This document shows, piece after piece, positions 55,623-64,000 of a stretch of 64,000 bases of DNA. Below the pieces are notes generated by a model. It saw only the letters and a program-made list of their open reading frames with translations. It searched no databases and had not been told where the DNA came from. A program made the position numbers and the translations under genes. Location of the stretch: positions 1,917 through 65,916 of the forward strand of contig JBQTJI010000048.1 of the NCBI GenBank assembly GCA_052387255.1, written 5' to 3'. Within the stretch, counting starts at the first letter, position 1. Every line of letters begins with the position of its first letter. This stretch comes from Gemmobacter sp. (GTDB lineage Bacteria > Pseudomonadota > Alphaproteobacteria > Rhodobacterales > Rhodobacteraceae).

Positions 55623-55985
55623 CGTTCGGTCCCTTTCGTGGGTGCTTGGTCAGTTGCTGGTTGCCACCGCGACGGTTTCCTTGGTAGGCCCGGCCTCTGT
55701 TCCGGCCCGGTCTCCGTCTCGGCATGTTTAGAATTTGCAAGGGACCTGCGGCGTGACTTGGGAGCAACGGTGACCCTTTGAAGGCAGGCAGGAAGTCCTG
55801 CGGAATTCTTGCAACAACCTGATAATGAACGGTTAAGTTCCTGGGCGGGTGATCGGGCCTTGGGCGCGATTGCCTCATATTCGCCGCAATTGAAGGGCTT
55901 AGGTGGTCAAAAGCGCCCGTTCCGACCGCTGCGGCGTGCGGGATGGCCCAAAAGACCAAATGACGACGAGCAGCCAAGGCATGCC

Positions 55986-56855
55986 ATGACCCTTCGCAGG
56001 ACGCTGTCGATTCTGTGCATTGCCGGGGCGGGAACGCTGGCCGGGATGGTGCCGCTGCGGGCCGAGATCGAGGATTTCACCTTTCGCCGCATCAAGGTGG
56101 GCGAGGCGAAGGGGCCGCGCATCACCGTGCAGATCGATCCCGCCGAGCAGGCCCGCCGCCTGGCCGCACTGCCCAAGGCCGAACCCTACACGAAGCCCGC
56201 CGATGAGGCCCCCGTGGCCGAGCCTGCGCCTGCGGGGCCGACCGCCCCCGTGGCCAATTCGGCCTATGGCTGGTTCTGGGACACGGTGTCGCCCGCTCGC
56301 GGGGCGGTGCAGGGCCGCTTTCCGCAGGCGCTGGCCATGCTGTCGCAGGGACCGGGCGGCGCGCGTGTGGGCGCGCCCCGGATGCAGCACCTGCAGAACG
56401 TGGTCGACAGCTATGGCACGCAGATCCTCAAGGCCACCATCGGCACCGACGTGTCGCCTGCGCTGGTGCTGGCCGTCATCGGCATCGAAAGTGCCGGCCG
56501 CGCCGATGCGGTCAGTTCGGCGGGGGCCGAGGGGCTGATGCAGCTGATCCCCGCCACGGCGGAACGGTTCGGCGTGACCGACGCGAAGGACCCCGCGCAA
56601 AACATCAAGGGAGGCGTCGCCTATCTGGACTGGCTGATGGACGAGTTCGACAGCGATCCCCTGATGGTGCTGGCCGCCTACAACGCCGGCGAGGGCGCGG
56701 TGAAGGCCAACGCGGGCGTGCCGCCCTATGCCGAGACGCGCGACTATGTGCCCAAGGTGCTGGCCGCCTGGCAGGTGGCCCAGGGGCTGTGCCTGTCGCC
56801 GCCCGAACTGGTCAGCGATCCGTGCGTGTTCAGGGTGCTGTCGGCGTCGAACTGA
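55986..56855 (+). CDS. lytic transglycosylase (SLT domain) with signal peptide
   Basis: ...VIGIESAGRADAVSSAGAEGLMQLIPATAERFG...LAAYNAGEGAV. ATG at 55986. Divergent from the flp genes. Confidence 0.85.
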   Translation: MTLRRTLSILCIAGAGTLAGMVPLRAEIEDFTFRRIKVGEAKGPRITVQIDPAEQARRLAALPKAEPYTKPADEAPVAEPAPAGPTAPVANSAYGWFWDTVSPARGAVQGRFPQALAMLSQGPGGARVGAPRMQHLQNVVDSYGTQILKATIGTDVSPALVLAVIGIESAGRADAVSSAGAEGLMQLIPATAERFGVTDAKDPAQNIKGGVAYLDWLMDEFDSDPLMVLAAYNAGEGAVKANAGVPPYAETRDYVPKVLAAWQVAQGLCLSPPELVSDPCVFRVLSASN

Positions 56856-56858
56856 GGC

Positions 56859-57485
56859 TCAGCCGACCAGCGTCGCCTCGGTCGCCGCGCGCATCTCGGC
56901 CTCGGTCACGCCCTCGGCCAGTTCCACCAGCCGCAGCCCCCCTGGCACCACGTCGAGCACGCCGAGGTTGGTGATGATCCGGTCGACCACGCCCTTGCCG
57001 GTCAGGGGCAGGGTGCAGGCCCTCAGCACCTTCGATTCGCCGTGTTTCGACGTGTGGTCCATCACCACGACCACGCGGCCCACGCCCGCCACCAGGTCCA
57101 TGGCACCCCCCATGCCCTTGACCAGCTTGCCGGGGATCATCCAGTTCGCGAGGTCCCCGTTCTCGGCCACCTCCATCGCGCCCAGGATCGCCATGGCGAT
57201 CTTGCCGCCCCGGATCATGGCAAAGGACTGCGCGCTGTCGAAGAACGCGGTCTGCGGCAGTTCGGTGATGGTCTGCTTGCCGGCGTTGATCAGGTCGGGG
57301 TCTTCCTCGCCCTCGAACGGGAAGGGTCCCATCCCCAGCATCCCGTTCTCGGACTGCAGCGTCACGTTCACGCCTGCGGGGATGTAGTTCGCCACCAGCG
57401 TCGGGATGCCGATGCCGAGGTTGACGTACCAGCCGTCCTGCAGTTCCTGCGCCGCCCGCGCGGCGATCTGGTTGCGGTCCCACAT
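56859..57485 (-). CDS. scoB: 3-oxoacid CoA-transferase subunit B
   Basis: [36 protein letters not shown]...[10 protein letters not shown]. Confidence 0.9.
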   Translation of the reverse strand: MWDRNQIAARAAQELQDGWYVNLGIGIPTLVANYIPAGVNVTLQSENGMLGMGPFPFEGEEDPDLINAGKQTITELPQTAFFDSAQSFAMIRGGKIAMAILGAMEVAENGDLANWMIPGKLVKGMGGAMDLVAGVGRVVVVMDHTSKHGESKVLRACTLPLTGKGVVDRIITNLGVLDVVPGGLRLVELAEGVTEAEMRAATEATLVG

Positions 57486-57697
57486 TATTTTGTCCTCATC
57501 GGATCAAGACGCGTGCCCATCAAGACGCACATCATGCTGGCAACCTTCAGAACAGCCTCCGTTTTGTCTTCAGTCTGGGGAAAAAGCATGCCGTGTGTTT
57601 CCTCAAGAAAAGCTACCGCCCTTCTAGCTTCCAACAGAGTCTGGCAAACGTCGTCGGCTGCCTGTTGAATGATCTTTGTCGCTTCATCCGTCGCCAT
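57485..57697 (-). CDS. hypothetical 70-aa protein encoded by a lower-GC insert between scoA and scoB
   Basis: [70 protein letters not shown]. The ATG is 2 nt after the scoA TGA, and its TAA overlaps the scoB ATG (TAATG). Hand count gives about 52% GC. Confidence 0.5.
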   Translation of the reverse strand: MATDEATKIIQQAADDVCQTLLEARRAVAFLEETHGMLFPQTEDKTEAVLKVASMMCVLMGTRLDPMRTK

Positions 57698-57699
57698 AC

Positions 57700-58404
57700 T
57701 CACACCGTCTCCCTTTTCCGCACGGTCCGCTGTTCGATCCGCTTCTCGTGCTGCCCCTGGACGATGCGATGCACATAGATGCCCGGCAGGTGGATTGAGT
57801 CGGGGTCCAGCGACCCCAGCGGCACGATGTCCTCGACCTCGGCCACGCAGACCTTGCCGCAGGTGGCGGCGGGGGGGTTGAAGTTGCGGGCGGTCTTGCG
57901 GAAGATCAGATTGCCCGAAGGGTCGGCCTTCCACGCCTTGACGATGGACAGGTCGGCCACGATCCCGGTTTCCAGGACGTGTTCCTTGCCGTCGAAGACC
58001 TTTGTCTCCTTGCCCTCGGCGATGACCGTACCGACGCCAGTGCGCGTGTAGAACCCGGCGATGCCCGCGCCCCCGGCGCGCATCCGTTCGGCCAGCGTGC
58101 CCTGGGGGGTGAATTCCAGCTCCAGCTCGCCCGACAGGTACTGCCGCATGAACTCGGCATTCTCGCCGACGTAGGACGAGATCATCTTGCGCACCTGGCG
58201 GCTTTCCAGCAGCACGCCCAGCCCGAACCCGTCCACGCCCGCGTTGTTCGAGGCGACGGTCAGGCCCTGCGTGCCCGCCGCGCGGATCGCCGCGATGCAC
58301 AGTTCGGGAATGCCGCACAGCCCGAACCCTCCGCTGGCGATCAGCATCCCGTCGAACAGCAGGCCGTCGAGCGCCGCCGATGCCGATGGATAGACCTTCT
58401 TCAT
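57700..58404 (-). CDS. scoA: 3-oxoacid CoA-transferase subunit A
   Basis: [34 protein letters not shown]...ENAEF...[19 protein letters not shown]... ATG at 58404. Full-length C-terminus ...[15 protein letters not shown]. Confidence 0.9.
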   Translation of the reverse strand: MKKVYPSASAALDGLLFDGMLIASGGFGLCGIPELCIAAIRAAGTQGLTVASNNAGVDGFGLGVLLESRQVRKMISSYVGENAEFMRQYLSGELELEFTPQGTLAERMRAGGAGIAGFYTRTGVGTVIAEGKETKVFDGKEHVLETGIVADLSIVKAWKADPSGNLIFRKTARNFNPPAATCGKVCVAEVEDIVPLGSLDPDSIHLPGIYVHRIVQGQHEKRIEQRTVRKRETV

Positions 58405-58560
58405 GCCTGCACCCCTGGGACGACCCCCTGCCATCCCCTTTGTGGCCGACCCGGCGCGCCCCGTCAATTGCCGCGCCGCAGCGCGGACCGGACCGACGGG
58501 GGTCGGGGCTTTCCCCGCCGAGGCCGTGGGCCTATGCTGAACGCGCCCGGCCCCTTGGCC

Positions 58561-58646
58561 GCCCGCGTGGTGGAATGGCAGACACAGGGGACTTAAAATC
58601 CCTCGGCCCCACGGCCTTGCCGGTTCAAGTCCGGCCGCGGGCACCA
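58561..58646 (+). tRNA. tRNA-Leu (anticodon UAA), CCA encoded
   Basis: Acceptor stem gcccgcg/cgcgggc. Anticodon stem gggga/tccct with loop CUUAAAA. Long variable arm. T-arm ggttcaagtcc. 3' ACCA. Confidence 0.9.
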
Positions 58647-58740
58647 TCCGGGACGACACGGCAGGAGACCAGCCGATGACTGCCCGCCAACCGACCTGCC
58701 CGCAACGCGCCGACTGCGCTTGTCACGGGCGCTGAGGCCG

Positions 58741-59853
58741 ATGCGGATCGGCGTGCTGGTCAATCCGGTGGCGGGTCTCGGGGGTGCGGTGGCGCTGAAG
58801 GGCACCGACGGGCCGGGAACCGTGGCCGAGGCGCTGGCGCGCGGGGCGGTTCCGCAGGCGGGTGTGCGGTTCCGCCAGGCGATGGCCGCGCTTGCCGAAG
58901 CCTGTCCAGGGACGCCGCTGTGCATCGGTCCGGGTCCGCTGGGGCTGGACCATGTGACAGGGCTGCCCCTGGCCTTCGACCCCGTCGCGGTCTTTCCCCT
59001 GACCGGCACGGCGCGTGATACCGGCAGGGCAGTTCGGGCGATCGGGCCGCTCGACCTGCTGGTGGTCGCCGGGGGGGACGGGACGTTGCGCGACGCGGCG
59101 GCGGAAATTCCCCCCGGTGCGGGCCTGCTGGGCATTCCCAGCGGCGTCAAGATGCATTCGGCCGCCTTTGCCCGCAGCCCGGCCACGGCGGGGCGGCTGC
59201 TGGCCGACCTGGTGTCGGGGCGCGTGCCCCTGTCGCTGACCGAGGCCGAGGTGATGGACATCGACGAGGAGGCCCTGCGCCGGGGCCTGATCGCGCCGCG
59301 CCTGCATGGCCTGGTCCTGACCCCCCGGTCAGCGCTGGTCCAGCCCGCCAAGGGCCGTCCGCGCGGCGACGGGTCGGCCGACCTGCGCGCCGCCGGAGCC
59401 GAGGTGGCGCGTGGCCTTGGTCCCGGCACGCTGGCCGTGATCGGGCCGGGGCGTGGTGCTGCGACGGTCCTGGGCGCGCTGGGGCTGGACGGCACGCTTC
59501 TGGGGGTCGATGCGGTACGTGAGGGGGCCCTTGTGGGGCGCGACCTGACGGGGCGCGCGCTCGACGGGCTGGTACAGGCGCATGCCGGGCCGGTCGTGCT
59601 GGTCATGGGGGTGACCGGGGGGCAGGGGTTCCTGTTCGGGCGCGGCAACCAGCAGATCGGGCCGCGCGTCATCGCCAGGGCCGGGCGCGCGGGGCTGGTC
59701 GTGCTGGCCGAGGCAGACAAGCTGGCGGGGCTGGTGCCGCCCGTGCTGTGGATCGACCTGCCGGATCCGGGCCTTGCCGCGACGCTGGAGGGGCATCTGC
59801 GGGTGCGGACCGGGGCCGGACGGTCGGTGCTGATGCGGATTGCCGCCGCCTGA
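58741..59853 (+). CDS. ATP-NAD kinase family protein (AcoX-like)
   Basis: MRIGVLVNPVAGLGG...LLVVAGGDGTLRD (GGDGT motif). ATG at 58741. Confidence 0.7.
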   Translation: MRIGVLVNPVAGLGGAVALKGTDGPGTVAEALARGAVPQAGVRFRQAMAALAEACPGTPLCIGPGPLGLDHVTGLPLAFDPVAVFPLTGTARDTGRAVRAIGPLDLLVVAGGDGTLRDAAAEIPPGAGLLGIPSGVKMHSAAFARSPATAGRLLADLVSGRVPLSLTEAEVMDIDEEALRRGLIAPRLHGLVLTPRSALVQPAKGRPRGDGSADLRAAGAEVARGLGPGTLAVIGPGRGAATVLGALGLDGTLLGVDAVREGALVGRDLTGRALDGLVQAHAGPVVLVMGVTGGQGFLFGRGNQQIGPRVIARAGRAGLVVLAEADKLAGLVPPVLWIDLPDPGLAATLEGHLRVRTGAGRSVLMRIAAA

Positions 59854-59936
59854 CGGCCGCCGCCCGCCCGTGCCGTTGGTTGACAGGGCCTGTGGCGGGC
59901 AGTCATACTGTATTACGGCCTGACGTGGACCCCTGC

Positions 59937-60629
59937 ATGACCGGCACTGCCCGCATCGAACGCACCGCCGCGCCCCTGCGCCAGCAGGTGGTGCGGATCC
60001 TGCGCGAGGATATCCTGAACGGGGTGATGTCGCCCGGACAGCGGCTGGTCGAGAACGTGCTCTGCGCCAGCTACGGCGTGTCGCGCACGGTGATCCGCGA
60101 GGCGCTGCGGCAACTGGAAAGCGAGCACCTGATCCGGGTGGTTCCGGCGCAGGGACCCATCGTGGCCGTGCTGACCGAAGCCGAGATCCGCGCCATCTAT
60201 GTCGTGCGCGCGGCGCTGGAAGGGTTGGCGGGGCGGTTGTTCGCCGAAGGGGCGGGCCTGGCCGAGGTGGCCCGCATGCGCGCCCTGGGCGACCGGATGG
60301 GGGCCGCCTACCTGCACGGCACGGTCGAGACGCGCGAGGCGTTCAAGGCCGACTTCTATCGCACGCTGCTGGACGGCACGGGCAATCCCGTTCTGGCCGA
60401 CGTCCTGGGCGGCATCCATGCCCGCATCGCGATCTTCCGCCGCTTTGCCTTTGTCGACGAGGCGCGGGTGGCCCTGTCGCATCAGGAACTGGTGCGGATC
60501 ATTGACGCCGTCGCGGTGCGGCGCGACCCGCAGGCGGCGCATGATGCCTGTGCCCACCATATCCGCATCGCGGGCGATCTTGCCCTGATCGAGTACGAAC
60601 GCCGCGCGCCGGGATTCCGGCGCGACTGA
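59937..60629 (+). CDS. GntR family (FCD domain) transcriptional regulator
   Basis: ...LCASYGVSRTVIREALRQLESEHLIRV... ATG at 59937. Confidence 0.9.
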   Translation: MTGTARIERTAAPLRQQVVRILREDILNGVMSPGQRLVENVLCASYGVSRTVIREALRQLESEHLIRVVPAQGPIVAVLTEAEIRAIYVVRAALEGLAGRLFAEGAGLAEVARMRALGDRMGAAYLHGTVETREAFKADFYRTLLDGTGNPVLADVLGGIHARIAIFRRFAFVDEARVALSHQELVRIIDAVAVRRDPQAAHDACAHHIRIAGDLALIEYERRAPGFRRD

Positions 60630-60724
60630 CCGGGGCGGGTTCCGGGTTGACCCGGTCCTGCCCGGACACGAGAACTGGATGCAAACGCGGGGCCTTGAGA
60701 ACCGCATCAAGGGGAGTAAACGGA

Positions 60725-61918
60725 ATGTCGAACGATCATCGCCTGTCATCGCTTGCCGCGCGCAATCCGCTGCGGCAGGGCCTGCAACATTCGGCCGCGC
60801 GCCGCCGGTTCCTGGCGGGGATGGCCGCCGGAGCGGCGGCCACGGCGCTGCCCTGGGGGGCGGCGGCGCAGGACCGTCCGCTGGCACTGTTGACCTGGGA
60901 CGCCTACACCGATCCGCGCCTGGTGGCGCTGTGGAAGGAAAAGACCGGGGGCGACCTCAAGTACGAGATTCACATCTCTGACCCGACATCGGTCAACCGG
61001 CTGCGCGCGGGCGAGACGGCGGTGTGGGATTTCATCAACGTCAACAACCCCTGGGCGCGGGGCGTCATGTGGCCTGCGGGGCTGATCAAGGACCTGCCGC
61101 GCGACCGGTTCGAGCCGCTCTATGCCCAGATGAAACCCAAGTTCGCCGCCCCCTACAAATGGGCGATGAGCGAGGACGGCAACAACCTGTTGGGCATCGT
61201 GCAGCGCTACGAGACCTTCGACTTCGTCGTGAACTCGGACAAGATCGCCCCCGCGACCGCCAAGGACGAAGGGTGGGACCTGTTCAACAACCCCGATTTC
61301 GCGGGCCGCTACGGCATCCTGGCCTATGAGGACTGGAACGTCATGCACATGTGCATGGGCGCGGGCGTGCATCCCTACAAGGTCAAGACCGACGAGGAGG
61401 TGGCCAGGTTCGAGGCCACCTGCAAGGCCTGGATCGCCGGGGCCGCGATCATCACCACCGATTTCGTCGCGCTGAACCAGGCGATCCTGAACGACGAAAT
61501 CGACCTCTATGTGACCGGCGGCACCTATACCACGGGGGCGGCCCGGCGCGAGGGGGTGAACAACCTGTATGCGATCACCCCGAACAAGGGGCCGGCCGAC
61601 GGCAAGGGCGGGATCAACTGGATCGAGATCAACTCGGCCGTGAACAACCCGAACTTCAGCGAAGCCGCCTTCGACTGGCTCGAGTTCATCACCACGGTGG
61701 ACGCCGCCGAGATCGTCGCGCGCGGCAACGGCAACCTGCAGCCGGTCAGCCAGATGTCGAACCCCGACCTGATGGCGCGCTTCACCGCCGACGACCTGAA
61801 CGCCCTGCAATGGGACGAGTTCGACGAGCGCATCGCCAATGCCGTCGAGTTCGACATCGTGCCCGACTATGACCGGCTGTACGACATCTATTCGGCGGCG
61901 GTGCGGGCGCGGGGCTAG
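60725..61918 (+). CDS. ABC transporter periplasmic substrate-binding protein (PotD/PotF-like), Tat signal
   Basis: The twin-arginine leader ARRRFLAGMAAGAAATALPWGAAAQ and the operon context with PotA/PotB-like genes. Confidence 0.8.
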   Translation: MSNDHRLSSLAARNPLRQGLQHSAARRRFLAGMAAGAAATALPWGAAAQDRPLALLTWDAYTDPRLVALWKEKTGGDLKYEIHISDPTSVNRLRAGETAVWDFINVNNPWARGVMWPAGLIKDLPRDRFEPLYAQMKPKFAAPYKWAMSEDGNNLLGIVQRYETFDFVVNSDKIAPATAKDEGWDLFNNPDFAGRYGILAYEDWNVMHMCMGAGVHPYKVKTDEEVARFEATCKAWIAGAAIITTDFVALNQAILNDEIDLYVTGGTYTTGAARREGVNNLYAITPNKGPADGKGGINWIEINSAVNNPNFSEAAFDWLEFITTVDAAEIVARGNGNLQPVSQMSNPDLMARFTADDLNALQWDEFDERIANAVEFDIVPDYDRLYDIYSAAVRARG

Positions 61919-61960
61919 GGCTTCCTGGCGGACGACATGCCAGGTTGCACGGGCAGGACC

Positions 61961-62020
61961 GGGGGGTTTCACACCCCCCGGACCCCCCGTGGGATATTTG
62001 GGAACAGATGAAGGGGCGGA
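61961..62020 (+). repeat. REP-B intergenic repeat inside the ABC transporter operon
   Basis: ggggggtttcacaccccccggaccccccgtgggatatttgggaacagatgaaggggcgg. Confidence 0.85.
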
Positions 62021-62055
62021 AAGTTTGAGTCGATTGAGAGGGATCGGGCCCTGCG

Positions 62056-63093
62056 ATGGAGCCTGACGCGGCCATGGGCCAGCCCGTGATCCTGTCGCTG
62101 GCCGGGCTGACCAAGCGTTTCGGGACGCTGACGGCCGTGGACGGCATCGACCTGGACATCCGCGAGGGCGAGTTCTTCACCATCGTGGGGCCGTCCGGCA
62201 GCGGCAAGTCCACGCTGGTGCGGCTGCTGGCGGGGCTCGAGGCCCCCTCGGCGGGCACGATCCGGCTGCGGGGGGCGGACATCACGCGGGTCCCCGCGAA
62301 CCGCCGCCCGACCGCGCTGGTGTTCCAGTCGCTGGCGCTGTTCGACCACCGGACAGTGGGGCAGAACATCGAATTCGCGATGAAGATGAAGGGGGTGGCA
62401 CCTGCCGTGCGGCGGGGCCGCGCGATGGAACTTCTGGCGCTGGTGCGGCTGCCCGAGGGGTATTACGCGCGGCCCGTGACGCAGTGTTCGGGGGGCGAGC
62501 GGCAGCGCGTGGCACTGGCCCGCGCGCTGGGGTCGGACCCCGAAATCCTGTTCTTCGACGAACCGCTGTCGGCCATCGACTATCGCCTGCGCAAGACGCT
62601 GGAGGTCGAGCTGAAGGACCTGCACGCGCGCACGGCCAAGACGTTCGTCTACATCACCCATTCGCTGGAGGAGGCGATGGTGATGTCGGACCGCATCGCC
62701 ATCATGCAGGCGGGCCGCTTCGTGCAGATCGGCACGCCGGCGGCGATCTACGGTGCGCCGGTCAACCGGTTCGTCGCGTCCTTCATGGGCGAGGTGAACA
62801 TCCTGACCGTCGAGGGTGGCCGCTTCGCCGCCCTGGATGTGCCGGTCGCGGCGAAGGGTGCGCATGCCGTGCTGCGGCCCGAGGACCTTCGGCTGGGCGA
62901 CGGCGGCGCGTTGCGGCTGACGGCCACGATGCGGCACAAGATGATGCTGGGGTCGCGGACGCAGGTGCATTTCGACAAGGGTGGCATGACCCTGATCGCC
63001 GAGGTGCCGAGCGTGCAGGCCGGGGGGCTGGTGCCGGGGGCGGAGGTGGGGCTGAGTTTCGATCCGGGCACGCTGGCCTGGGTGGCGGAATGA
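62056..63093 (+). CDS. ABC transporter ATP-binding protein (PotA-like)
   Basis: GPSGSGKST Walker A, the LSGGERQRVALARAL-type signature (CSGGERQRVALARAL), and Walker B ILFFDEPLS. The alternative ATG at 62074 is plausible. Confidence 0.9.
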   Translation: MEPDAAMGQPVILSLAGLTKRFGTLTAVDGIDLDIREGEFFTIVGPSGSGKSTLVRLLAGLEAPSAGTIRLRGADITRVPANRRPTALVFQSLALFDHRTVGQNIEFAMKMKGVAPAVRRGRAMELLALVRLPEGYYARPVTQCSGGERQRVALARALGSDPEILFFDEPLSAIDYRLRKTLEVELKDLHARTAKTFVYITHSLEEAMVMSDRIAIMQAGRFVQIGTPAAIYGAPVNRFVASFMGEVNILTVEGGRFAALDVPVAAKGAHAVLRPEDLRLGDGGALRLTATMRHKMMLGSRTQVHFDKGGMTLIAEVPSVQAGGLVPGAEVGLSFDPGTLAWVAE

Positions 63094-63107
63094 CGGGGGC
63101 GTGGTTT

Positions 63108-63146
63108 CCCCCTCACCCTGACCCTCTCCCCCGAGGGGAGAGGGGA
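63108..63146 (-). repeat. REP-A element, inverted orientation
   Basis: cccccctcaccctgaccctctcccccgaggggagagggga. Confidence 0.8.
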
Positions 63147-63190
63147 CCGCGTTGCGCCTTGGGTGTGGCGTGGCGCGCAGGGGGCGGCGC

Positions 63191-64000
63191 ATGAGCGCGC
63201 GCCTGTCGCCCGGCGCGGCCTGTGCCGTCCCGGTGATCCTGTTCCTTCTGCTGTGCTTTGCCGGGCCGATCCTGATCGTCGCCTGGTACAGCCTGATGGC
63301 GCCGCGCACGTTCGACCTGACGCTGGCCTTCAGTTTGGAGAACTATCGCGCGGTGTTTGTCGACGGCTACGGCAAACCCCTGATGTGGTCGCTGCTGGGG
63401 GCGACCCTGACGACGGTCATCTGCGCCCTTCTGGCCTGGCCCACGGCCAAGGCGCTTCACGGGCATCTGGGGCGGGCGGCGGCGGTGGTGACGGCGCTGA
63501 TCGCGCTGCCGATCTTCATCTCGGAAAGCGTGCGGCTGTTCGGGCTGTCGGTGTTCATGATGCCGAAGGGGGGGATCCTCGCAGGATCGCTGAACGCCTT
63601 TCTGGGCGTCGAGATCGGGTCGATCCTGAACACCAGGGCGGCGGCGCTGCTGGGGATGGTCTACATCCATTTCCCCTTCATGCTGTTCCCGCTGCTTCTG
63701 GGGGTCGAGATGATCCCGAAGGACCGCGTCGAGGCCGCGCGCGACCTTGGGGCAGGGGGATGGCAGGTGTTCCGCGAGGTGGAACTGCCGCTGGCGGCCC
63801 CGGGGCTGATGATCGGGGGCCTTCTGACCTTCGTGCTGGCGCTGGGGGCCAATGCCGAGGCGGCGATCCTGGGGGGGCGGGCGGTGACCGTGATCACGGC
63901 AGCCATCGACCAGCGGTTCAACTATGCGCAGGACTGGCCCTCGGGGTCGGCGCTGACGGTCTTGGTGATCGGGGCGACCGTGCTGGTCGTGCTGCCGGTG
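63191..64000 (+). CDS. ABC transporter permease (PotB-like), 3' end outside window
   Basis: My own translation from the ATG at 63191 is MSARLSPGAACAVPVILFLLLCFAGPILIVAWYSL...EAARDLGAGGWQVFREVELPL (EAA loop). The frame is open to the window end. Confidence 0.8.
   Translation, partial: MSARLSPGAACAVPVILFLLLCFAGPILIVAWYSLMAPRTFDLTLAFSLENYRAVFVDGYGKPLMWSLLGATLTTVICALLAWPTAKALHGHLGRAAAVVTALIALPIFISESVRLFGLSVFMMPKGGILAGSLNAFLGVEIGSILNTRAAALLGMVYIHFPFMLFPLLLGVEMIPKDRVEAARDLGAGGWQVFREVELPLAAPGLMIGGLLTFVLALGANAEAAILGGRAVTVITAAIDQRFNYAQDWPSGSALTVLVIGATVLVVLPV

Noticed and set aside
58561-59900. tRNA-Leu as an integration site for a genomic island.
   Set aside because: I saw no integrase, no repeat of the tRNA 3' end downstream and no GC shift. 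The downstream genes have normal composition.

Overview
High-GC alphaproteobacterial chromosome segment. A Rhodobacteraceae-like origin is inferred from gene content and the intergenic repeat families. Hand counts of 100-nt samples give about 69% GC in ordinary genes (30601-30700). I call about 65 protein genes, one tRNA-Leu(UAA) and RNase P RNA. Gene order, left to right: purL (partial); pgi-pgl-zwf operon (-); HNH endonuclease; esterase plus AlkA-like glycosylase; MFS transporter; Hint-domain protein; phytoene-synthase-like protein; cimA; cysS; PLP decarboxylase; DUF2938; rnpB; a 790-aa acidic orphan; rpmG (55 aa, absent from the supplied ORF track); GNAT; DUF1330; BI-1; DUF1127; LysR; Qor; a PraR/PhrR-like XRE regulator; IMPase/HisN-like; 8-oxoguanine-deaminase-like; RraB-like. 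Then comes a roughly 1-kb low-GC islet next to a truncated apt. After it: ptsP-lysC; bestrophin-purD; excalibur protein; xseA; alkB-like hydroxylase; ftsY-ispZ-hisF-hisE. A roughly 12.5-kb Tad/Flp pilus locus follows (AAA+ ATPase, cpaA, two TPR lipoproteins, tadC, tadB, cpaF, cpaE, ompA-like, cpaC, cpaB, three flp genes) with a divergent lytic transglycosylase. The window ends with scoA-[70-aa low-GC ORF]-scoB; tRNA-Leu; AcoX-like kinase; GntR; and a PotD/A/B-like ABC transporter (partial). Most very long ORFs in the track are spurious antisense or alternate-frame products of the high GC. I do not recognise a clear multi-gene novel system. The best candidates for follow-up are: (1) the low-GC islet at 28.95-30.02 kb with a 308-aa helical orphan; (2) a low-GC 70-aa ORF translationally coupled between scoA and scoB; (3) the 790-aa duplicated-module protein with a poly-Asp tail between rnpB and rpmG; (4) a consensus sigma-54 promoter in front of the XRE regulator; (5) a cluster of four TTAAC (CtrA-type) motifs; (6) unusual features of the Tad locus, namely a terminal AAA+ ATPase and duplicated flp genes that differ only at synonymous sites.
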